Below are positions 27,369-38,256 of a stretch of 64,000 bases of DNA, piece after piece. The number at the start of each line of letters is the position of its first letter. Within the stretch, counting starts at the first letter, position 1. Source of the stretch: a bacterium (lineage in GTDB: Bacteria; Hinthialibacterota; Hinthialibacteria; Hinthialibacterales; Hinthialibacteraceae). The stretch lies in assembly GCA_963662285.2 (NCBI GenBank), contig CAXXMV010000003.1:128001-192000 (forward strand). Reading direction: 5' to 3'. A program made the position numbers and the translations under genes. A model generated the notes under the pieces. That model had not been told where the DNA came from and did no database searches. It saw only the letters and a list, made by a program, of their open reading frames with translations.

Positions 27369-30107
27369 TTACTGCCATCTGTTCTTAAGTTGAACCGGTT
27401 CAATTACAACTCCACAGAGCATTGCTTTATCTACTATTGGCGTAAGTATAATATCTAATTCTCCATCAGATATTTCAATGGGATATGATAGGATAAGAGC
27501 CTGATTGCCTTTGCCTGCCCGTTGTACGATATCGATGCGCTCTTTTACTAGAGGTATTGGTGAACGCTTATCCCGTGGAGTCGTCATAATACGTAGATCG
27601 AATACTCTTTGTCCCGATTGCGTAAATTTTGGATCAGCGAACAACAGGTTGAGGTTATATTTTCCCGCAGGTAGATATTCGGCTTGGAACGGCGTTGGTT
27701 GAAGGCGGGCGGTTTTGTTGCAGATAATGCCCGTACTGCAAATTTCCCTGGTTGATGCATTCAGACCAGTGATCTGATTATCCGTTTGGAAGGTTTGCAG
27801 CCCGGTCTCTTTTTTTCCCAGACCAACCCACCAGTCGGAGTTCTTATCAACCATGAAGGTATGATGTCCTGAAGCCTGGGCTAGAGGGTCATGTTGGGTT
27901 GGTTGGTAATTGATACGGATCGGTTCGAGCTGCAGCGCTTGACGCTGCGCCATGAAATATGGCATCCAGCGCAAATTAAGTGAAACCAATACGCCCTTTT
28001 CTCCGGTTGATATGCCGCCCAGGGATGATAAGCGGGCGTAATCCTTGATAACCGCTTCGGGATCGCATCGCTCAAGCGCATTGTACATTTGGGCGATTTG
28101 AAATTTTTTGGCGTATTGCTTACAACTGTCCAACGCCGTTTGGCTTTCATAGAAACGGATGCAGAATTTTTCCAGCATTATATAGTATTGAAAGCGTTCC
28201 TTCGCTTTATCGTTCATTAATGATGGATCAACATTTTGCAGAAGCGCCAGCCGCCCCCGGCATCCCTTGATCATGGCTTCAGCATCTTTCAATGGGAGGT
28301 CTATAAAACGGTCAGTGGTTTCACGGCCAAACATGGGGCCTTCAGTTACCCAGCTATTTAGATATTGACCCATATTTATGCGGTAATCTGGTCCGAAATT
28401 GCTCTCAGCCATATTTAAGCAAGTCTCTTTAACTGGTTCGTCTTTAGTACGGCGCCAGACCTGTTGCGCCATATTTTTGAAATAAAGATCAAGCGGACGG
28501 GTAGTCCAATGGATAATGCCCAGGCTGGTGAACTTATTCTGCTGCATGTAAGAAGCATAGTTGGCAAATGGCGTATAAGGGCGTCCGATGTAAGTATGGT
28601 CGTCATGATGCGCCCAGACGATTGGCGCGACATCCCGTTTCCGGCTGGTCTGCGCTACTTGGTTGGTTACGTCTTCATTGGTCAGGTGAACCGAATAATC
28701 CAGCGGCAGCAGTTTAACCTCTTCGGGCAGGAAGGTATGAGCATCTGGCAGGAAATCGAACCCCCAACTTCCAGCGGATAGGGAGACGTCATCGCGTCCG
28801 ATCTCTTTCAATATGCTTCGCATGGCCTGCGCTATCTTGCCTATAGCGAAAAGGCTGGCGCTTTCCATTGAGTCTTTTACTTCCGGCTTTTCTTTAAGGA
28901 TGGCTTGGTATTGCTCTTTCCAATCATTGGGGAAATCTTCCTGTTTTATGGCTCTCCAGATAGTCCAGGGATTATTCATGCTGGCGCGGCGGAACCAGAT
29001 GGCTATTTGATCTATCTGAGGATAATGATTCAGCAATGCGCTGATGCGTGATTTATAATAGGCGTATCCTTCTGGCGCGTCGGGATTGGCGACCTGCGCA
29101 TCTTTAACCTTAATTCGGGCATGATCCGGCAGGGTGTTGATGATGTTCTGTGGATTTGCGCTATAGGTATCAACGTCTATAGCGTATATAACGTCCATAC
29201 CTCTGGATTCAGCGAAGGAGAAGGTCTTTTGCATTAAACTTATGGCCGCTGAGCTGCGTTGCTCATCTGGAACTTGCGCTGCGCTCGAACCATATACCGG
29301 ACTATCAAAAACACCTTTCCCACCGATTATCCGTCGCACGTCATTGACGTGTTGCGCTCCCCAATCGCGTCCTTTTTGAGTTGTGGTGAGATAGCCGACA
29401 GGTTTTTGTAAACCGTTATGGGTGAATGTCGCTATGGGATTATTGCCATAGGCGTGAACCATGATGGCGTTGTATCTCATCTTGGATAGTTGGGTTATCC
29501 ATTTCCGCCAGTCATCAAGGTCCCAGGATGAGCAGCCGCTCATGAAATTGTGCCAGTTGAGGACGAAGCGTTCGGCGAAGATGGGGCTGTCTTTGAGGTT
29601 CCATGCCGCAAAATCGAATTTAACATTTTGGGGCGAGGGCGCTGCGTCGTAGGATAGATAAAACCCATAACCCAGTTCTTCCAGTAAAGCGTAAACTCCA
29701 TATAGCGTTCCGCGCGGATCCGCCCCCGCTATGAACCCAATGTTTTTATGATTAACTTTGGCCGTTGTTACAACATAACTATCAGTGATCTTTAAATCAT
29801 TTACGGCAATATAATCGCGTATTACAGGCCTGTTTTTGGTCCCAATAACTATGCATGAATCTTGCGGCATGTTGTTTTGGATGGAGAAATCGGCGTTGGG
29901 GTAAATAGTTTTCAGGCAACGACTCAGTTCATCAGCTGCAAAGCGCTCTAACTCACTAGCCGGGCCTGGGACTACTATAGGGATGTTTTGTTGGGGGATA
30001 TGCGCTGTTTTATGTTGCGCTGGAACGCATGAATATAAAAATGCTGTGTATAAAGCAAATAAGAAAAATAAGCCAGATTTCTTGATGAATTTTTTTTCCA
30101 TGACCAA
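27369..30107 (-). CDS. Large lipoprotein, putative glycoside hydrolase with C-terminal malectin-like domain
   Basis: LYSC lipobox-like; GADPRGTLYGVYALLE N-terminal domain; LLFADP...GQRVFD malectin-like motif. Confidence 0.7.
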   Translation of the reverse strand: MVMEKKFIKKSGLFFLFALYTAFLYSCVPAQHKTAHIPQQNIPIVVPGPASELERFAADELSRCLKTIYPNADFSIQNNMPQDSCIVIGTKNRPVIRDYIAVNDLKITDSYVVTTAKVNHKNIGFIAGADPRGTLYGVYALLEELGYGFYLSYDAAPSPQNVKFDFAAWNLKDSPIFAERFVLNWHNFMSGCSSWDLDDWRKWITQLSKMRYNAIMVHAYGNNPIATFTHNGLQKPVGYLTTTQKGRDWGAQHVNDVRRIIGGKGVFDSPVYGSSAAQVPDEQRSSAAISLMQKTFSFAESRGMDVIYAIDVDTYSANPQNIINTLPDHARIKVKDAQVANPDAPEGYAYYKSRISALLNHYPQIDQIAIWFRRASMNNPWTIWRAIKQEDFPNDWKEQYQAILKEKPEVKDSMESASLFAIGKIAQAMRSILKEIGRDDVSLSAGSWGFDFLPDAHTFLPEEVKLLPLDYSVHLTNEDVTNQVAQTSRKRDVAPIVWAHHDDHTYIGRPYTPFANYASYMQQNKFTSLGIIHWTTRPLDLYFKNMAQQVWRRTKDEPVKETCLNMAESNFGPDYRINMGQYLNSWVTEGPMFGRETTDRFIDLPLKDAEAMIKGCRGRLALLQNVDPSLMNDKAKERFQYYIMLEKFCIRFYESQTALDSCKQYAKKFQIAQMYNALERCDPEAVIKDYARLSSLGGISTGEKGVLVSLNLRWMPYFMAQRQALQLEPIRINYQPTQHDPLAQASGHHTFMVDKNSDWWVGLGKKETGLQTFQTDNQITGLNASTREICSTGIICNKTARLQPTPFQAEYLPAGKYNLNLLFADPKFTQSGQRVFDLRIMTTPRDKRSPIPLVKERIDIVQRAGKGNQALILSYPIEISDGELDIILTPIVDKAMLCGVVIEPVQLKNRWQ

Positions 30108-30215
30108 TTGTCTCTCTTCTGAAAATATACCGATATAAATTTGTTGTACTGATCATATTACGAATGCTTTATGTATTGAAAGGGGTAAGAACTTTTCATG
30201 TTGAAGTAAAATGAA

Positions 30216-30255
30216 AAAAGCCCTCAAACCTGAATTGATGGATTTGAGGGCTTTT
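30216..30255 (-). terminator. Intrinsic terminator (possibly bidirectional)
   Basis: AAAAGCCCTCAAA...TTTGAGGGCTTTT. Confidence 0.78.
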
Positions 30256-30275
30256 GATAATTAATTGAAAGTCTA

Positions 30276-32324
30276 TTAGTGAATAGGCCAGTTTGGAACA
30301 GGTACTGGTACGGTTTCATCGAACCAATAGAATCCCGTTGATGTACCTATGACTAAATCATCCCAATATAGTACATTGACGGTTTCTCCATTTAATCCGG
30401 CGCTGTAGAGGGCCCAGGTGTTGGTTGGTACGTCGAATTGATAAACGTCCTGGTCTACTCCGACATAAACTTTTGATCCGGCGTCATTGGTTTCTATGGC
30501 GGTAAAATGACCGCCGATTGGAGCTCCGGGCAGCATGGTTAAATCGGTTTCCCCGATAACATTTAATCCAGAAGCATCATATTCAAGCCGCAATACGATT
30601 CCGGTTCCCGGATTAATTTGCAGGGTCATATATTGGAAGGACGGATTGACCGGGTCTTGGGCTAAGTCAGTGGCGATGCCCATGTAGGGGCCGCTGGTAT
30701 TAACCACCTGTTGCCAGGTGGCGCCGAAATCGTCCGTTACCCATAAACCCGTGTTGGTGGTAGAAGGGAAATCCCGTTCATGGCCGACAGCTGCGTATAT
30801 TAAATGTGAACCTACGACTTCAATCGCGTTTGGGAATACGGCGCTCAGGTTGGTAATAGTCCAGGTTTGCCCACGGTCATCGCTGCGTAAGATGATTCCA
30901 TCATTGCCCTCTTCGGTGAAACCTAAAGACGCATATACCGTGTTGCTTCCAGCGGCGTGATCAATATCGCTGACCATAGAACGGCTTTCTATCGGAGATG
31001 CCATCCAATGGAATACCTCTCGCCAGGTTAAGCCGCCATCATCCGTCTTGTATATGGACTCATTGTTGTCGCCAGCCAGAAATTCTGTAGTACTGTCCAG
31101 CAGTATAGCAACCGCTGATAGGGGAGGGCCGCCGTTCCCTTGGGGGAAGACCGGATAATTCCAGTCAGCTGGCGTAGGTGGTTTTTGAAATACGTTAGTG
31201 ATAGCAAGACCGCTCTTACTGGCGACTATGGCGACGTCTTTAGTGAATTTATCTACATCTACATCATAAACGCTTACTGCTTCTATACCGTTATTGCGCT
31301 CTTCAAAAGTCATTCCTCCGTCGAGTGAAACAGAGACGCCGACATCGCTGGCGATAAAGATAATGTTAGGATCGTCGGGATCGAAAGTCAGTGCTCCATC
31401 ATTGACATGGGTTCCGCTGATGGTGTCTGGATGAGGCGCCCAGGTTCCGCTGGCGACATCATAGGTGTTAGCGGTAGTCCACATCAGGCCGCTGTGGAAT
31501 TGAATCTGCTGGGGATAGCGATGCTCGAATGAAAGAGGCGTAATATCTACCCATGTCGCTGGATCAAGAAAAGATTGGTTTTCGTATATAGTAGCTTGGG
31601 CGGAATCTCCCGCAATATAAACGTAGCCTATATGATTGGGGTCTTCAGCTATAACTTCGATAGAAGTTGTTATGAGAGGCGGCAGCGTGACAGGCGCCCA
31701 GGTCGCACCGGCATCGACCGAAACAAAAAGGGCATTAGTTGCAACGGTAGGATGCATCATATCATTCATTACGGCGAATATAGTGTTTGGATCGCCGGGC
31801 CGCGAGGCCATAGAAGATATTCCCATATCTGGAGGGGATGGATTAACGATATGTTGAGTCCAGTCGGCTGGATTGCCTGTGGGATTAAAATACGCTACGC
31901 CGTTGCTGCATCCAGCCATTAAACGGGTTCCATCGTGTTGCAGTGATGTGATCATTTCTCCGGTATAAACTGGCGTTGCTGGATTAAGAATTGGCGTCCA
32001 TGTAAGTCCATCTCCCCCGTTGGAGCGCCAAATTTCCATTCCATTTACTACTACGTATACATAATTAGAATCTGTAGCCAAACCGTAGGTATCTTCGTTA
32101 AAGATTGATAATGTCCAGTTAAGGCCTTCATTGTCAGTGTAATAGAGCGCATTGGCGCCCATGACATCTGCATAGATGCGGTTGGGCGTTCCGGGAAGGT
32201 CGAAGGCGGACATGTGTTCAATCATACCGCCGAACAATCCCAGGTTTTTTCGAGCCGCTAATGAAGCGAAAGCAGTTTGAACCGATAATGCAATGACGAG
32301 GCATAGAGCGATGCGTTTAATCAT
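30276..32324 (-). CDS. Secreted BNR/Asp-box beta-propeller protein with C-terminal VPVPNWPIH tail
   Basis: Signal peptide AFA|S; many SxDxGxTW Asp-box repeats. Confidence 0.85.
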   Translation of the reverse strand: MIKRIALCLVIALSVQTAFASLAARKNLGLFGGMIEHMSAFDLPGTPNRIYADVMGANALYYTDNEGLNWTLSIFNEDTYGLATDSNYVYVVVNGMEIWRSNGGDGLTWTPILNPATPVYTGEMITSLQHDGTRLMAGCSNGVAYFNPTGNPADWTQHIVNPSPPDMGISSMASRPGDPNTIFAVMNDMMHPTVATNALFVSVDAGATWAPVTLPPLITTSIEVIAEDPNHIGYVYIAGDSAQATIYENQSFLDPATWVDITPLSFEHRYPQQIQFHSGLMWTTANTYDVASGTWAPHPDTISGTHVNDGALTFDPDDPNIIFIASDVGVSVSLDGGMTFEERNNGIEAVSVYDVDVDKFTKDVAIVASKSGLAITNVFQKPPTPADWNYPVFPQGNGGPPLSAVAILLDSTTEFLAGDNNESIYKTDDGGLTWREVFHWMASPIESRSMVSDIDHAAGSNTVYASLGFTEEGNDGIILRSDDRGQTWTITNLSAVFPNAIEVVGSHLIYAAVGHERDFPSTTNTGLWVTDDFGATWQQVVNTSGPYMGIATDLAQDPVNPSFQYMTLQINPGTGIVLRLEYDASGLNVIGETDLTMLPGAPIGGHFTAIETNDAGSKVYVGVDQDVYQFDVPTNTWALYSAGLNGETVNVLYWDDLVIGTSTGFYWFDETVPVPVPNWPIH

Positions 32325-32476
32325 AAGGTTTCTCCCGAATTTAATTTATTTAATAAATAATTTATATATAAATAATATATAAAACAAGATAAATGCATAT
32401 CTTATTAAAATAATAACTGAATAAATAAGAATCGGAATAAAAAAAACGGAACATATTTAAAATTATTGTATACATT

Positions 32477-33211
32477 CTAAAACCATGGCGACCCATTAGC
32501 GCGGCGGATGTGGATATCGTCCAGCATAGCGTTATTGCGATGAGTTAGTAGAAAATGTACGATTTCCGCAATCTCTTCAGGTTGGATTAGACCTGATGGA
32601 TCAAGATCGGGACGCATTGATTTGACCATATCGGTATACACTCCACCCGGATTAATTGAGTGAACTCGAATGCCGAATGATTTTACTTCTTCAGCTAATA
32701 CCTTTGTGAAACCTAACAAAGCATGCTTTGAGGCAGAGTATAAGGATTGTCCCTCATATCCTTTATGAGCAACCACTGAACCAATTTGGATAATCGATGC
32801 GGCTGGTGATTTTTTTAATGCAGGAAGACATTCACGGCACAGAATGAATGGCGCCATGGCATTGACTGCGAAAAGGCGGTTCCATTCTTCATCGGTTGAT
32901 TGATCAAATGTTTTTTTGATGGAGGCGCCGGCATTATTGATCAGGATATCGATTTGACCATACGCTTGCAGCGCCTCTTGGGCTAAATGTTTAACTTGAT
33001 CAGCTTGCGCTAGGTCGCACGACAAGGATTCAACGGCGCCATTTTTGCTTTTAATCTCTGATACGGTTTGTTCCAGATTTTGCTTTGAACTTGCGCATGC
33101 GATGATTCTCACTCCCGCACTGGCTAATTTTAAGGCAATGGCTTTCCCTATTCCTCTGCTGGCGCCGGTTATCAGGGCTGTTTTGTTGGATAATGGATGA
33201 GTGTTCGTCAT
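32477..33211 (-). CDS. SDR family oxidoreductase
   Basis: TGASRGIG, NNAG and YSASK motifs. Confidence 0.93.
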   Translation of the reverse strand: MTNTHPLSNKTALITGASRGIGKAIALKLASAGVRIIACASSKQNLEQTVSEIKSKNGAVESLSCDLAQADQVKHLAQEALQAYGQIDILINNAGASIKKTFDQSTDEEWNRLFAVNAMAPFILCRECLPALKKSPAASIIQIGSVVAHKGYEGQSLYSASKHALLGFTKVLAEEVKSFGIRVHSINPGGVYTDMVKSMRPDLDPSGLIQPEEIAEIVHFLLTHRNNAMLDDIHIRRANGSPWF

Positions 33212-33597
33212 TATTTATAACTCCAATTAAATAAATATGTAATGCGTACTATAGATTGTAAAGGTAAAGCAATGAATATAATATTTAAGTTGTATTATTA
33301 AAATAAAGTCTCATTATATTATTCAGTTCTAATTAATCAGATAAAATACTCATTAATTATAATAAATAAACTGTTTTATAAATTTGTCTTTCTAGTACAA
33401 TTATATTTGATGAAACTTTGTTAAATATAGAATATCTTAATTCTATAGATCATATTTGAATGATATGCATTGTCGAAGTGAAATTGTAACTCGCTGTTAT
33501 GGAATATAAATTTATTTTGATTCTGGAAATTAAGTAAAAATCAAGTATTGAATATAATAAGTAGAATAATAATCGTGAATTATTATGGTGTTTTAAT

Positions 33598-34509
33598 ATG
33601 AAAGTAATTATTGCTGATGATGATGCCACAACCAGGTGTTTACTCGAAAACACGATGAAAAAGTGGAATTATGATGTTGTTTCCACTACTAATGGTTTGG
33701 AGGCATTGGATGCATTGTTGCAACAGAATGAATCATGTATGGCTCTTCTTGACTGGGTGATGCCTGAAATTGATGGAATAGACGTATGCCGGTTAATTCG
33801 TGAAAAGCCGAAAGAACATGCCTATCTTTACATAATTATGTTGACTGGGAAACAAAGAAAAGAGGATGTTGTTGCGGGATTGGAAGCTGGCGCCGATGAT
33901 TTTTTAATTAAGCCGTTCGATTATGAAGAACTGCGTATGCGTATGCGCGTGGGTTTGCGCATCCTTGAATTACAGGATCAACTGACGGAAAAAGCCTATT
34001 ACGATCAACTGACCGGTATATATAATCGTATGGCGATTATGCAAATCCTCAAGCGGGAATTGGCGCGGTCAAAACGTTCTAATCAACCTCTCAGCATCAT
34101 CATGATTGACCTTGATCATTTTAAGCAAGTGAACGATACATATGGGCACTTAGGTGGTGATGCGATTCTTAAAGGAGCCGCGTCTTGTATGAGTGATGCG
34201 ATACGAACTTATGATTCTCTAGGCCGTTATGGTGGAGAAGAATTTTTGATTGTTGTTCCGGGTTGTAGACAAAATGAAACAAGAAGCCTGGCCAAGCGAA
34301 TCCAGGATAATCTTGCAGATACTGTCTTTGAATATAATGGTCAGGAGATAAGCATTACCGTCAGCATGGGCATCGCCGACAATCGTTGCATTGGAATCTC
34401 TGATATAGATTCTCTAATTCGTTTCGCCGACGAAGCGCTTTATCAAGCAAAAGATAATGGAAGAGACTGTTTTGTACTTGCTCCTGCAATATCTGTTCAT
34501 GAGATTTAA
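33598..34509 (+). CDS. Response-regulator diguanylate cyclase (REC-GGDEF)
   Basis: ADDD, LDWVMP, KPF; DLDHFKQVNDTYGH; RTYD I-site and GGEEF. Confidence 0.93.
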   Translation: MKVIIADDDATTRCLLENTMKKWNYDVVSTTNGLEALDALLQQNESCMALLDWVMPEIDGIDVCRLIREKPKEHAYLYIIMLTGKQRKEDVVAGLEAGADDFLIKPFDYEELRMRMRVGLRILELQDQLTEKAYYDQLTGIYNRMAIMQILKRELARSKRSNQPLSIIMIDLDHFKQVNDTYGHLGGDAILKGAASCMSDAIRTYDSLGRYGGEEFLIVVPGCRQNETRSLAKRIQDNLADTVFEYNGQEISITVSMGIADNRCIGISDIDSLIRFADEALYQAKDNGRDCFVLAPAISVHEI

Positions 34510-34535
34510 TAACTCATTGTTTTTTTAATAATCTT

Positions 34536-36170
34536 TTAACGAAACGTCACGAATAAAGCCGTTGATACGCTCATCATAACTATCCACCAGAACATTAAAT
34601 TCCGTACGCCCCCATTCAACGAACGCTCAGATTGAGGCAGTCTAGCCCAACGCGAATTCCATATCGCATCAGGATCATACTGTTCTTGTGGATTGCGTGG
34701 GATAAGATAGGTCGAAAGAACCAGCGCAATAAAACAAAAGGCCCAACATATCGCCGCCCGGTTTAATAATGGGCTGATAGCGGCTATCCATTGTACTTTT
34801 TCGCCGAGGTTTACAGTTAGGATGATTAATAGAATTCCTATGACAATGCCGAAAACCAGAGTGAAAACCGCAGCCCGGCCATGCGCTTTGCGCCATAAAA
34901 AGGCCGCCAGGAAAATAACCGATATCGGTGGAGCGAAAAGCGCCGCCATATCCTGGATATAGATGAAAATTCCTTCTTTCCATAACAACAGAAATGGCGC
35001 TAGAGCGGTTCCGATCAAAATGATTATGAAGGTGGTCCAACGGCCTACTTTAACCAACGCCTCTTCAGATGCGTTGGGGCGTATGTAGCGTTTGTGGACG
35101 TCCATCGCCCATATTGTTGAGGATGAATTCAATACGCTGGAGACGGTGCTCATTATGGCAGCGATTAACGCCGCCAACAGGATCCCTTTGCCTGCCGAGG
35201 GAAGTAAATCATTGACCATTTGAACGTAAACAGCGTCTCTAACCAGCCCCGGACCGTATTTTGCAAAAGCTATCATGCCGGGGAAAACGATGATCAAGGG
35301 CAAGAAGACTTTGAGGAAGGCGCAGCCGATAACGCCCATCTTGGCGTCCCATTCACTTTTGGCGCCCAGGCATCTTTGGATATAAAACTGGTTGGTTCCC
35401 ACATACCACATGGAAAGCGTCAGCCAGAAGGTAGCCACTCCCGTCCAGGGGGAAAGTTCGTGATTGGCGGGCAGGATCAAACTAAAACGGGTCGCGTCTG
35501 CTGCGATATTTGCATCGATAACAGTTTGGAAATTTCCAACGTCTTTCAGTCCGAGAAACAGTAGTATTACTCCGCCCGCAATCAGGATGGCTACCTGTAG
35601 AACGTCTGTCCAGACTACTGACAGAAGACCGCCGTATATGCAATAGGCGGCGGTCGCCGCTGAAATCAATAAAATGCTGCCTACGAATCCTGCATTGATA
35701 TTCTCCATTGGTTGTTGAAGAGCCATTTCAAATATGATGCGCCCGCCCGCGTATAAGGCGGGAGTCAATACTACCAGCACCATGTGCGAAAGAGTCAGGC
35801 AGGCGAATACCGAACGCGTCGAGGCGGAATAACGCTTCTCCAGAAATTCGGGAATAGTATAAAGTTTTTTTCTATAAAAATAGGGGAGGAAAATCCACAG
35901 CAGAACAGAGTAGGGAATAAAATTGCCCCACTCGTAGGTTGCCGGCGCCAACCCGAAGGCGTAGGCTGAACCGATCATACCGATGAAATGTTCGGTTCCG
36001 ATGTTGGAGCCGGTCATAGAGAGCGATACGGCGTACCAAGGCAGTTTGCGACCCGCCAGGAAATAATCGTCGATCCGGTTTTTCTCTTTGCGGGCCACCC
36101 AGAATCCTAATCCCAATGTAACAGCGAAATATAGTATTGCTATGGATAATATAATCTGTATTTCGTTCAT
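34536..36170 (-). CDS. Sodium:solute symporter (SSS/SLC5)
   Basis: DYFLAGR, SNIGTEHFIG, TIPEFLEKRY and YGGL..VVWTD motifs. Confidence 0.93.
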   Translation of the reverse strand: MNEIQIILSIAILYFAVTLGLGFWVARKEKNRIDDYFLAGRKLPWYAVSLSMTGSNIGTEHFIGMIGSAYAFGLAPATYEWGNFIPYSVLLWIFLPYFYRKKLYTIPEFLEKRYSASTRSVFACLTLSHMVLVVLTPALYAGGRIIFEMALQQPMENINAGFVGSILLISAATAAYCIYGGLLSVVWTDVLQVAILIAGGVILLFLGLKDVGNFQTVIDANIAADATRFSLILPANHELSPWTGVATFWLTLSMWYVGTNQFYIQRCLGAKSEWDAKMGVIGCAFLKVFLPLIIVFPGMIAFAKYGPGLVRDAVYVQMVNDLLPSAGKGILLAALIAAIMSTVSSVLNSSSTIWAMDVHKRYIRPNASEEALVKVGRWTTFIIILIGTALAPFLLLWKEGIFIYIQDMAALFAPPISVIFLAAFLWRKAHGRAAVFTLVFGIVIGILLIILTVNLGEKVQWIAAISPLLNRAAICWAFCFIALVLSTYLIPRNPQEQYDPDAIWNSRWARLPQSERSLNGGVRNLMFWWIVMMSVSTALFVTFR

Positions 36171-36173
36171 TTA

Positions 36174-37430
36174 TTATTTCCCATTGAATTCACGCACTGC
36201 ATCGATCATAGCGATAATATTATTAACAGGCGTGTTGGCCTGGATATTGTGAATCGAGTTGAAGATGAAGCCGCCCTGTTGGGAGAATATCTTACAGCGG
36301 GATAAGGTCTCTTCCCTCACTTCTTCCGGCGTTCCGAAAGGCAAGGTTCGCTGAGTATCTATACCTCCACCCCAGAAAACAATTTTATCGCCATACTTAT
36401 CTTTTAGATGCTGCGGATCCATTCCTGCTGCTGAGCATTGGACTGGATTGAGGATTTCGAAGCCTGACTGGGCGAAAACGTCGATGAAGGTTTCTACTGC
36501 TCCACATGAATGTTTGAAGCATTTCCATGATGTATTTTTATGTATCCAGTCGTTGATCTGTTTGTAGTAGGGCATATATAAATTTTTGAAAGTATTTACC
36601 GAGCAAAAGGTAGATTTTTGGGTTCCGAAATCGGTTCCACAGAGAAATACCGCCTGAACCGCTTCGCCAACTATCTGGTGAATTTTGGCAAGATTCTCAA
36701 GCGCATATTCACATTGCTTTTCGAATATCTTATGGATGTAATCCTGCCGGGCTGCGGTGGACATATACCACTCAGCCACATCACGGATTCCTTTGGGATG
36801 TTTTAGAAATGGTCCTGGAACAAGAGCGATATCTCCAAAAGCAGTTCCTCCGAAGCAGGCGATAACTGCTTTTCCGCTGTTTTCTACACGTTTCACTTCA
36901 GCGGAGAAATGATTTAAATCTTCATCAGAAAGCGGGCCGAATTCTTCCAGATTGTCTTCGGGATTCAGATTAGCGTCATCTATAGGTTCCTGGCGGATAA
37001 TCGTATCGAAAAAGTAGCCCTCTTTGGGCATTCTTCCACTAGGTGGAGCGTTTACGTCGCCCTGCGGGTATATCAATATATCGCCGTTTTTATCTTCTAT
37101 GGTATTGAAATGTTCTGAAACCAGGACTTCTAATCCTTGAGGAGTTCGCCAGTTTTTCCAGTTTTCGTTAGGAAAGCCGAACATGGTGCAACGGGGATAT
37201 ATGCCGCACACATCAATTCCCATGGCTTCTTGCAGATCGTCATCTATCCAACCGAGCATCTGATATGGCTCATGTACTTTAACCGGAATTTTTTCGAGTC
37301 CGTAATAATCTCTCAAAGCATCAACGCAGGATACATGGATTCCGGTTACTGCGGTTGATCCGAAATCCACTGGAACTTGACCGGTATTTTCGTGATTAAG
37401 CGCAGCTAGAACTTTATCTTTACTATTCAT
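36174..37430 (-). CDS. Uroporphyrinogen decarboxylase/MtaA-CmuA family protein
   Basis: GTDFGTQ, KHSCG, NPVQ, FWGGGIDTQ and HNIQ motifs. Confidence 0.87.
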   Translation of the reverse strand: MNSKDKVLAALNHENTGQVPVDFGSTAVTGIHVSCVDALRDYYGLEKIPVKVHEPYQMLGWIDDDLQEAMGIDVCGIYPRCTMFGFPNENWKNWRTPQGLEVLVSEHFNTIEDKNGDILIYPQGDVNAPPSGRMPKEGYFFDTIIRQEPIDDANLNPEDNLEEFGPLSDEDLNHFSAEVKRVENSGKAVIACFGGTAFGDIALVPGPFLKHPKGIRDVAEWYMSTAARQDYIHKIFEKQCEYALENLAKIHQIVGEAVQAVFLCGTDFGTQKSTFCSVNTFKNLYMPYYKQINDWIHKNTSWKCFKHSCGAVETFIDVFAQSGFEILNPVQCSAAGMDPQHLKDKYGDKIVFWGGGIDTQRTLPFGTPEEVREETLSRCKIFSQQGGFIFNSIHNIQANTPVNNIIAMIDAVREFNGK

Positions 37431-37587
37431 GATTCTTTTTCCTTAAGGACTCGAACGCAATATTTCTTATGAAATTATGAAAACTATAAATATAATACGA
37501 TAAAACGTATGTATTTATATACCCCGATGAACCATGTTATTGTGATTGAGCGACTCGACTAAAGTAATCTGGATGGATAATTATACT

Positions 37588-37791
37588 ATGCGTTATTCGC
37601 TATAATTTTATCTATTCAGTAGACAAGCATCCATGTTAATTATTGGTTTGGCATTGATCTTGTGTAATGTGGACATTTCTTTTGCCGACGTTTCAAGTAC
37701 AATTAATTTTGAAGATATTACAAGATTATTCAGTAAAAGGATCGCAGCTAACTTACGATCAATCCAAGGACCAGTTACTTATTCCAAATAA
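37588..37791 (+). pseudogene. Possible remnant of a secreted-protein gene
   Basis: MRYSL*FYLFSRQASMLIIGLALILCNVDISFA|DVSSTINFEDIT...: signal-peptide-like, with an internal stop and an early end. Confidence 0.3.
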
Positions 37792-37902
37792 GCATGTAGC
37801 GTTACAACATGTTCTTCTTTCCTTAAGTTTGACGGTCTAATTCATTGACCATATATTATGGCTTGGTCTCTTCCACGTTAGCGTTTATTTTAGGTATTTG
37901 TT

Positions 37903-38256
37903 ATGCATGAATTATCAATTGCTCAGGATATTTGTGAATCTGTTGAACGCACCGCTATAGAAAACAACGCTGTTCAGGTGAAGACGATTAGAATTTTGAT
38001 GGGAGAGCAATCTCATCTCGAAAAACGCAGTCTGGCTTTTTGCCTCGAATCAATAGCTCAAGATACAGTGCTTGAGAATGCCAAGATTGAATTTATTCCC
38101 AACCAAGCCGATATGGAGTGTCCCAAATGCGGACGCTTTCCATTATATGATAAAAAGGGCGGGGAGATTTGCCCAAAATGCGGCGGCGCAGCCAAAAGCC
38201 TGCCGCCGATGGATATTTACATACAGGAGTTAGTGCTCGATGTCGAAGACGATTAA
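37903..38256 (+). CDS. hypA: Nickel metallochaperone HypA
   Basis: MHELSIA N-terminus and two CPKCG motifs. Confidence 0.93.
   Translation: MHELSIAQDICESVERTAIENNAVQVKTIRILMGEQSHLEKRSLAFCLESIAQDTVLENAKIEFIPNQADMECPKCGRFPLYDKKGGEICPKCGGAAKSLPPMDIYIQELVLDVEDD

Noticed and set aside
33212-33597. Very AT-rich spacer as replication origin or foreign DNA
   Set aside because: No DnaA-box cluster seen; it is consistent with a divergent promoter region.
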